DNA of 35,022 bases from positions 1 through 35,022 of the forward strand of contig JAFPTE010000021.1 of NCBI GenBank assembly GCA_017400415.1. Reading direction: 5' to 3'. Shown piece after piece: positions 8,097 through 15,200 of the stretch. How positions within the stretch are numbered: the first letter of the stretch is position 1; the number at the start of each line of letters is the position of its first letter. The notes below the pieces were generated by a model. That model searched no databases and was not told the origin of the DNA. It was given only the letters and a program-made list of their open reading frames with translations. This stretch comes from Oscillospiraceae bacterium. Its GTDB lineage: Bacteria; Bacillota; Clostridia; Oscillospirales; Oscillospiraceae. The position numbers were made by a program, and so were the translations under genes.

Positions 8097-8873
8097 ATGT
8101 CTATATACATATCAACCGGAATCACGATTTACTTCTCCGTCCTGGCCTTCCTGTTCGGCACCGTGATGGGCTCGTTCCTCAACTGTATGGCCTACCGCAT
8201 TGCCCACGGGCAGGACTGGACAAAGGGCAGAAGCCATTGCCCAGACTGCGGACACCCTCTGGGCTTTCTGGATCTGTTTCCCATCTTCAGCTGGCTCTTC
8301 CTGGGCGGGAAGTGCCGGTACTGCGGGAAAAAGATCTCTCCCAGATACCCGCTTACGGAGCTGTTCTTCGGCCTTGTGACCCTGGCCTGCCTGCTCAGGT
8401 TTGACCTGACTGTGCTGTGCCTGCGGAACTTTATATTCATCTGCTGCCTTTTCACCCTGTCCCTTGTGGATCTGGAGTCCTATATAATCCCCAACGGCTG
8501 CCTTGTTGTGGCCGCCGTGGCCTGGGCGGTTACGGAGCCCTTCCTGTTTGAGGGCTGGCCGGACCTGGGGCTGCATATCTTTGCCGCCGTGCTTTACGGC
8601 GGGGGAATCATGGCCGTGAGCCTTATTATGGACAGGGTGCTTAAAAAGGAGAGCCTGGGCGGGGGAGACGTGAAGCTCTTCGCCGTGGTGGGTCTATATT
8701 TTGGGCTCATTGGCGGCCTGTTCGCCATGATCATAGCCTGCGTTCTGGGACTTGTCATTTCCCTGGCCGCAAGAAGAAACAAGATTCCCTTCGGCCCGGC
8801 CATCGCCGCCGCATGTCTGGTAATGGTCTTTTTCGGCCAGGGGCTTGTGAGCTGGTATACCGGCCTGTTCTGA
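8097..8873 (+). CDS. pilD: Prepilin peptidase PilD (A24 aspartic peptidase) with an N-terminal Cys-rich domain
   Basis: 258 aa and polytopic. It has paired Cys motifs, CPDC...CRYC. The catalytic Asp contexts are LVDLESYIIPN and GGGDVKLF. Confidence 0.9.
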   Translation: MSIYISTGITIYFSVLAFLFGTVMGSFLNCMAYRIAHGQDWTKGRSHCPDCGHPLGFLDLFPIFSWLFLGGKCRYCGKKISPRYPLTELFFGLVTLACLLRFDLTVLCLRNFIFICCLFTLSLVDLESYIIPNGCLVVAAVAWAVTEPFLFEGWPDLGLHIFAAVLYGGGIMAVSLIMDRVLKKESLGGGDVKLFAVVGLYFGLIGGLFAMIIACVLGLVISLAARRNKIPFGPAIAAACLVMVFFGQGLVSWYTGLF

Positions 8874-8908
8874 ACAATGTGAAATCCATATAGAAACGGA
8901 GAATCCGA

Positions 8909-9904
8909 ATGGCAAAAACTGTTTTGGGAGTTGACGTCGGTCACGACAGCCTGAAGCTGGCCCTGTGCAAGGGCGACCGGGTCAAAAAAGCGGTTACGGT
9001 TCCCATGCCGAAAAACCTTGTAAAAGAGGGCCGCGTTGTCTCCACAGAGACCATGGGAGAACTCATAAAGACCACCATGCGGGAGCACGGGATCCGTGCC
9101 GGGCGGGCGGCTTACGTCCTGCCCAACGACGTGATCTACGTCCGCAACTGCACCATGCCCAAGATGACGGAGGAGCAGCTTCTGTACAACATCCCTTATG
9201 AGTTCAACGACTACATAACGGATGAGCTGAAGAACTACGTCTTCGACTATGCCATGCTCTCCTCGGAGGCGGAGCTCAAGAATGATGAGCTCACCAACAT
9301 GGAGCTGATGGCGGTGGCAGTGCAGAGCTCCGTCCTGGACGACACCAGGGAGATTCTCCGCAAGGCGGGACTGAAGATGGTCATGGCGGGCCCCGCCGTT
9401 TCCGCCTTCGTGAACATCATCCGCAACCACGAGAAGAAGACCGGCGAGGTGGACCGTGAGTACTGCATGCTGGACCTGGGCTACAACTCCATCCGCATGT
9501 ACATGTTCAAGGGCCAGCGACATATGGTCACCCGCATCCTGGAAATCGGCCTCTCCACCCTGGACCAGGCCATTGCGGACGCCTTCAACGTGGATATCCA
9601 CCTGGCTCACACCTATCTGACCACGGACTATGACGGCTGCCAGCGGCGTGACTTCTGCATGAACTCCTACAACAACATCGCCGTGGAGCTTATGCGGGCC
9701 CTGAACTTCTACCGCTTCTCCAATGGGGACAGCAACCTGGAGGATATCTGGCTCTGCGGCGGCGGCGCCGTTATCGAGCCTCTCAGAACCGCCATTAAAG
9801 ACACCCTGGATATGAATGTCCACTCCGCTGAGGAGCTTATCGACACCACTCAGGTGGATGACGGATACTATTACATCCAGGCTGCCGGAATTACCATGCA
9901 GTAA
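8909..9904 (+). CDS. pilM: Type IV pilus assembly protein PilM (actin-like ATPase fold)
   Basis: 331 aa. The N-terminus is VLGVDVGHDSLKLAL, and LDLGYNSIRMYMF plus LCGGGA are actin/FtsA-like phosphate motifs. It sits upstream of the pilN/pilO-like genes. Confidence 0.85.
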   Translation: MAKTVLGVDVGHDSLKLALCKGDRVKKAVTVPMPKNLVKEGRVVSTETMGELIKTTMREHGIRAGRAAYVLPNDVIYVRNCTMPKMTEEQLLYNIPYEFNDYITDELKNYVFDYAMLSSEAELKNDELTNMELMAVAVQSSVLDDTREILRKAGLKMVMAGPAVSAFVNIIRNHEKKTGEVDREYCMLDLGYNSIRMYMFKGQRHMVTRILEIGLSTLDQAIADAFNVDIHLAHTYLTTDYDGCQRRDFCMNSYNNIAVELMRALNFYRFSNGDSNLEDIWLCGGGAVIEPLRTAIKDTLDMNVHSAEELIDTTQVDDGYYYIQAAGITMQ

Positions 9905-9917
9905 GGGGGGACCGGAA

Positions 9918-10541
9918 GTGGAAGAATTACAGGCAACTCAGGAGACTGCAGCTGCGGCTCCCGCCAAGAAGGCAAAAATCAAGCTGCCCGGAAAGCGAAC
10001 CATAAACCTGGCGGCAATCACCGAGAAAAAGTTCAACTGGAAGGTCTTTATCCCTGCGGTCATACTCATCATCATCGCTGCGGCCCTGTTCTCCAAGTTC
10101 GCCGTGGCGGACCGGCTGGCCGCTGTCAGCGCCGCCGAGGCCAGAGTGGCCGGCATTCGCCGCCAGATTGATGAGGGCTACGCCGCCATCAGAAGCTACG
10201 GCGATATCTCCACCGAGTACGCCCACTACAGCCTGGCCGGCCTCACCGATGAGGAGCTGGGCAGACTGAACCGTGAGGAGATTCTGGACATCATCGAGAC
10301 CGAGATCAGACCCTATCTCACCGTGAACAGCGTCTCCGTTTCCAAGAACCAGCTGACCATGTCCGTCACCGGCAACGACCTGCAGGAGATTACGGACGTG
10401 GTGGCCAGACTCAAGACCAATCCGAGACTGACCTACGCCACCGTGGGCTCCGCCCAGACGACGGATACCCGTTACGGCAGCGATAAGGTCACAGCCAGCG
10501 TGGTCTGCTATGTGGCAGACGCCAGGGAGGTGCAGGAATAA
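9918..10541 (+). CDS. pilN: PilN-like bitopic pilus alignment protein
   Basis: The GTG at 9918 follows AAGGGGGGA (9902-9910), right after the pilM stop. It has a short cytoplasmic N-terminus, one TM (VFIPAVILIIIAAALF), a coiled coil, then a periplasmic-type domain. The 9816 start in the track would overlap pilM by 89 nt. Confidence 0.7.
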   Translation: MEELQATQETAAAAPAKKAKIKLPGKRTINLAAITEKKFNWKVFIPAVILIIIAAALFSKFAVADRLAAVSAAEARVAGIRRQIDEGYAAIRSYGDISTEYAHYSLAGLTDEELGRLNREEILDIIETEIRPYLTVNSVSVSKNQLTMSVTGNDLQEITDVVARLKTNPRLTYATVGSAQTTDTRYGSDKVTASVVCYVADAREVQE

Positions 10542-11131
10542 TGAAACTGCTTAGCAGAGACTTTACAAAGGGCGAGCTGGTCCTTATCATATTCCTCGTT
10601 GTGGCCCTCCTGGCCCTGGCATATTATCAGTTTATCGATATCCCGGTCCGCACCGCCATCCAGAACGCCGAGAGCGAGGCTGACGCCCTGAACGTGGAGC
10701 TCACCGCCGTCAACGCCAAGGTTGCGGAGCTCAAGCGCATGAGCGAGGACCTGGAGAAGTTCAAGGGCGGCAGCACCGGCATCCTGGCCTCCTATAATAA
10801 CCAGAAGGCCGAGCTGGACTATCTGAACGCCGTTCTGGGCAGCAACCCCAACTACTCTCTGAACCTGCCCACCAACGCCACTGAGGGCTCGGAGAATCTG
10901 GTCCGCCGGAACTTCACCCTGAGCTACACCACAAACAGCTTTGAGGATCTTTCCAACCTTATCCGTGCCGTGTCCGGCTGCCCCTACCGCTGCTACATCG
11001 GAGACCTTTCCTTCTCTATCAACAACAACACCTACAGCGGCCGCACCATCACCATGGACATGACCGGCACCTTCTACGAGACCATGGTCGGCGGCACCAA
11101 GGACGCCGGTCTGGTCCCCTACAAGAAGTAA
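10541..11131 (+). CDS. pilO: PilO-like bitopic pilus alignment protein
   Basis: 196 aa. The ATG overlaps the pilN stop (TAATG). It has one TM (LVLIIFLVVALLALAYY), a coiled coil (AESEADALNVELTAVNAKVAELKRM), and a C-terminal alpha/beta-type domain. Its position after pilM-pilN supports the call. Confidence 0.65.
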   Translation: MKLLSRDFTKGELVLIIFLVVALLALAYYQFIDIPVRTAIQNAESEADALNVELTAVNAKVAELKRMSEDLEKFKGGSTGILASYNNQKAELDYLNAVLGSNPNYSLNLPTNATEGSENLVRRNFTLSYTTNSFEDLSNLIRAVSGCPYRCYIGDLSFSINNNTYSGRTITMDMTGTFYETMVGGTKDAGLVPYKK

Positions 11132-11153
11132 AAACCATTTTGAAATCACCGTC

Positions 11154-11180
11154 AAGCCGCCCGAAAGGGCGGCTTTTTTG
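11154..11180 (+). terminator. Intrinsic terminator of the pilus operon
   Basis: AAGCCGCCC (11154-11162), GAAA loop, GGGCGGCTT (11167-11175), followed by TTTT. Confidence 0.8.
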
Positions 11181-11214
11181 CGCCTTTCTCAAAAGCCCAT
11201 GACAAAATATTTTC

Positions 11215-11243
11215 TTGCCAAAATTGCAAAATCATTATATAAT
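11215..11243 (+). promoter_or_regulatory. Near-consensus sigma-A promoter of the LytTR regulator gene
   Basis: TTGCCA (11215-11220), a 17-nt spacer, then TATAAT (11238-11243). Confidence 0.55.
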
Positions 11244-11277
11244 AAGTGCAAGATATTTCTAAGTCGGGGGCGAGTGA

Positions 11278-11994
11278 TTGAAGGCAGCTGTTGTTGATAC
11301 GGAGAGGGATCGGGCAGAGCATATTGTGCATCTTCTTGAAAGATACAGGGTCCTGAGGGGCGTGGAGCTGGAGATTTCTGTTTTCCACAACCCGGTGGAC
11401 TTTGTCACTGACTACAACACCCCCCTTGACCTTATAATCATAGCGGCGGAAATGCCCATTATGGACGGCTTTGAGTGCGCCTCCAAGCTCCGCAGCATCG
11501 ATCCTCTTGTGATGATAATCTTCATTTCCTCCGGCACAAGGCATGTGATGGCGGCCTTTGACGTGGAGGCTGTGGGCTATTTCGTGCAGCCTGTCAGCGA
11601 GGCTGCAATGTTCGCAAAGCTGGACAGAATCAAGCAATACATCAATTATCGGGGCAAAAAAATACTGATTTCTACGGATAATGGCATCCGTATCATTCGC
11701 TCGGATGAGATTTATTACGTGGAGGGCAGCAACCAATACATAATATATCATACCTCCGTAGGCAACTATCGGGTCCGATGCACGATGAAAAGTGCGGAGC
11801 AGACTCTGGGAGAGGGCTTCGCCAGACCCACCAGCTCCTTCCTGGTAAACCTGAACTACGTCTCCCAGATAAGCAGGGGAGAGGTCCGGGTTGCTGATGC
11901 GGGCATTACCATCAGCCGACCCAAGAAAAAAGCCTTCCTGGAAAGGTGCAGAACCTACTTCGGAACCGGGTTTGAATCCCGTGAGGTTACCTGA
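11278..11994 (+). CDS. LytTR-family response regulator with a degenerate (pseudo-)receiver domain. No partner kinase is in the window.
   Basis: TTG start. The N-terminal CheY-like fold has DLIIIAAEMPIMDG in place of DLxxLDIxMPxMDG. The C-terminal LytTR domain reads IRSDEIYYVEGSNQYIIYHT...FARPTSSFLVNLNYV. Confidence 0.85.
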   Translation: MKAAVVDTERDRAEHIVHLLERYRVLRGVELEISVFHNPVDFVTDYNTPLDLIIIAAEMPIMDGFECASKLRSIDPLVMIIFISSGTRHVMAAFDVEAVGYFVQPVSEAAMFAKLDRIKQYINYRGKKILISTDNGIRIIRSDEIYYVEGSNQYIIYHTSVGNYRVRCTMKSAEQTLGEGFARPTSSFLVNLNYVSQISRGEVRVADAGITISRPKKKAFLERCRTYFGTGFESREVT

Positions 11995-12002
11995 GATTAC
12001 AT

Positions 12003-12036
12003 AATGACGAACTTTTTCGGAAGTTCGTCATTTTTT
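12003..12036 (+). terminator. Intrinsic terminator of the LytTR regulator gene
   Basis: AATGACGAACTT (12003-12014), 6-nt loop, AAGTTCGTCATT (12021-12032), followed by TTTT. Confidence 0.75.
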
Positions 12037-12154
12037 GCTTAAAAAATGGGCTTAAATGCTGACCTTTATGTGCAGAATTGAGGTTTTGCCCGGGAGGTTT
12101 TGTACATTATGACAGATTACAAAAAAGGATCCGGTGCTCTTCGGTCATTCTGCT

Positions 12155-12220
12155 AAGTTCTCCACAAAATGAACAAGTTTCTCCAAAGTTAAACTAAATA
12201 TAGCTGCAATATTGTAAAAT
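12155..12220 (+). promoter_or_regulatory. Candidate LytTR-type direct repeats plus a weak-(-35) promoter upstream of the GH3 operon
   Basis: The repeats are AAGTTCTCCACAA (12155-12167) and AAGTTTCTCCAAA (12175-12187). Their CTCCA cores are 21 bp apart. A TAAAAT -10 candidate is at 12215-12220, with no good -35. Confidence 0.35.
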
Positions 12221-12254
12221 CACGATACAGTAATTTTTCCACAAGGAGGAAGTT

Positions 12255-15200
12255 ATGAAGAACACACGCATTTCCAAGGTTCTTGCTGTTGCAATGGTCC
12301 TTGCCATGGTCCTGAGCATCAGCGGTACCGCACTTGCCGGCTGGTCTGATCTTATCAGCCCTGACCGCAAGTTCGCTGCTCAGTTCGACGATCCCGACGA
12401 GCTGATGGCGTATGACGAGGCTCTCAACCGTGAGATCGCCGCAGAAGGCTTCACCCTTCTGAAAAACAACGGCGCCCTCCCTCTTGAGAAGAATGAGCGC
12501 CGTGTTACCGTCCTTGGCCTGCTCTCCAAGAGCCTGGCTACCGGCGGCGGCGGATCCGGCTCCCAGAGCCGTCCCGGCAACGGCACCACCTTCAAATCCG
12601 ATTACCCCGCAGCCCATGCATCCACCATCTTCGATGCTCTCGAAGAGGCCGGATTCACCGTTAACCCCCGTGTCCGCGCCAGATACGACGCTACCCGCGT
12701 CCCCACCCAGTCTGCAGGCGGCATGGGCGGCGCCAACCCCTACGAGAACGGCCACTACATGGTTGAGGCCGCCGATGGCATCGTAGAGTTCAACGGCAAG
12801 AAGTACAATCCCATTACCGACGGTACCGGCACCCTGTCCGGCGCTGACGACAACCTGGGCGTCTACGGCGACGCCGCTGTGATCGTCATCTCCCGTACCG
12901 GTTCCGAGGGCGCAGACAACCTGAGCCACGATGTGGCCGGCCACTCTGACCCCACTGACCACTACAGCTCCCTGAACGACTCCGAGTTCGAGCTTCTGGC
13001 TTATGCCAAGGCCAACTTCTCCAAGGTCGTCGTCATCCTGAACACCCCCGCCGTCATGGAGGTTGGTGCTCTCGAGGACGATGAGGGCATCGACGCCGTT
13101 CTGTGGATCGGCCAGCCGGGCTACAACGGCGTTATGGCAGTCGGCGACATCCTCACCGGTAAGGTCAATCCCTCCGGCCACACCGTTGACTTCTGGATGA
13201 GAGATTTCGAGACCGACCCCACCTGGTACAACTTCGGCAACTATGCCGGTGCCAACTACGCCCTGAACGGTGAGTTCGGCAACGCCGGCAACGCCCCCGG
13301 CATGAACAAGGCTGCCGACAGCATTTACTCCAACAACGAGTATGCTGTTGACTATGCTGAGGGCATCTTCATGGGCTACCGCTACTACGAGACCGTTGCC
13401 GCCGAGCTGGGCGACAAGGGCGAGGAGTGGTACAAGGCCAACGTGGTTTACCCCTTCGGCTTCGGCCTTTCCTATTCCAGCTTCTCCCAGAAGATCCTGG
13501 GCGTGGACGGCAGCGTTGACGACAAGGACGGCACCCTGACCGTTAAGGTTGAGGTCACCAACACCGGCGCTGTTTCCGGCAAGGAAGTTGTTCAGCTGTA
13601 CAACACCGCTCCTTACACCAAGGGCGGCATCGACAAGGCTGCTGTTGCCCTGGTGGGCTTCGGCAAGACCTCTGTCCTGAACCCCGGCGCCTCTGAGGTC
13701 GTTGAGATCACCATCAACGTGAAGGATCTTGCTTCCTTCGATTACAACGACCGCAACGGCAACGGCTTCTGCGGCTATGAGCTTGAAGCCGGCAACTATG
13801 TCCTCTCCGTCCGCAAGAACTCCCATGAGGCTTATGACAGCACCACTCTGAGAGTGAGAAATGCTGCTCAGTGGGACGAGGACGGCAATCCCGACACCCC
13901 CAACAACATCTTCTCCCAGGGCCTTGACAGCGCCTGGGGCCAGTTCAACACTCTGTCCAACACCTGGACCCAGTCCCACACCGAGCATTATCTCCACAGA
14001 GATATGCTGGTCACCGACGGACAGGTCTATGATCTGAAGCAGCTTTCCTGGCTCCTCACCGACGACAACCTCTTCACCGAAGAGGCTATGGGCGTCCTGC
14101 AGACCAGAACCAGATTCTACTCCTTCGAGGACCACGACAACCTTAAGACTGCCGCTGTTGAGCAGGACTATGTGAACGTCTGGACCAAGACCAAGGATGA
14201 CATCCCTGCAAACTGGACTCAGGGCACCGGCGTCATCGATGAGAAGACCGGCATGTATGCCATCACCCTGGGCGACATGATCGGCGTTCCCTATGATGAT
14301 CCCAAGTGGGATGAGTTCCTGAACCAGCTTACCTGGGACGAGATGATGGCCAACGTCCGCTCCGGCCGTTACAACACCGTGGGCGCTGCCTCCGTGGGCC
14401 GCTACCAGGTCACCGACCAGGATGGTCCTGGCCAGCTGAGAGTTGCAGGCGACTGGGCCTGGGCCTGCGAGGTCGTCATGGCCGCCACCTGGAACACCGA
14501 GCTTGCCTATAAGTACGGCGAGGCTGTGGGCAACGCCTCCATCATGGGCAATATCAACGGTTGGTATGGCCCTGCCATGGACACCCACCGCAACCCCCTG
14601 GCCGGCCGTAACTTCGAGTACTTCTCCCAGGACGGCGTTCAGGGCGGCTACATCGCTGCTGCCGTCGTGAAGGGCGCCACCGATAAGGGCGTTCACGTCT
14701 ACATCAAGCACGCCTTCATGAACGACCAGGAGACCAGCCGTATGAACGGCTCCACCTTCGTTACCGAGCAGGCCATCCGTGAGATCTATGCAAAGGTCTT
14801 CGAAATCTGCACCAAGCTTGGCAACGCCAACGGCTTCATGAGCTCCTTCATGAGAATCGGTCTTGAGACCTCCGCTTCCTACGCTATCAACATCCAGCTC
14901 TACAGAAACGAGTGGGGCTTCGAGGGTTACAGCGTAACTGACTTCTATTCCGCCAACGGCCCCGGATGGCAGGGCAACCAGCTCGTCCGCGGCAACACCA
15001 TTCCTCTTGGTACTTACAACAACTCCGCTGCAGGCAACGGCTCCGGCCTTGACGGTCAGTGGGATGCCGAGAAGAAGATGGTCACCGTTCCTGCCTATGA
15101 CGCCGAGCTTAACGACGGCGCCGGCGGACCCAGCGAGACCGTCCGTGAGGACAGCCCCACCCTGTGGTTCTGGACCCGTGACCTGACCAAGAACATCATG

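Noticed and set aside
12109-12156. A 15-codon ORF (MTDYKKGSGALRSFC) between the LytTR gene and the direct repeats, considered as a possible signalling-peptide precursor.
   Set aside because: The SD spacing is long (11 nt after GGAGG). There is no hydrophobic or amphipathic leader and no processing or export genes. It is too short to evaluate without comparative data.
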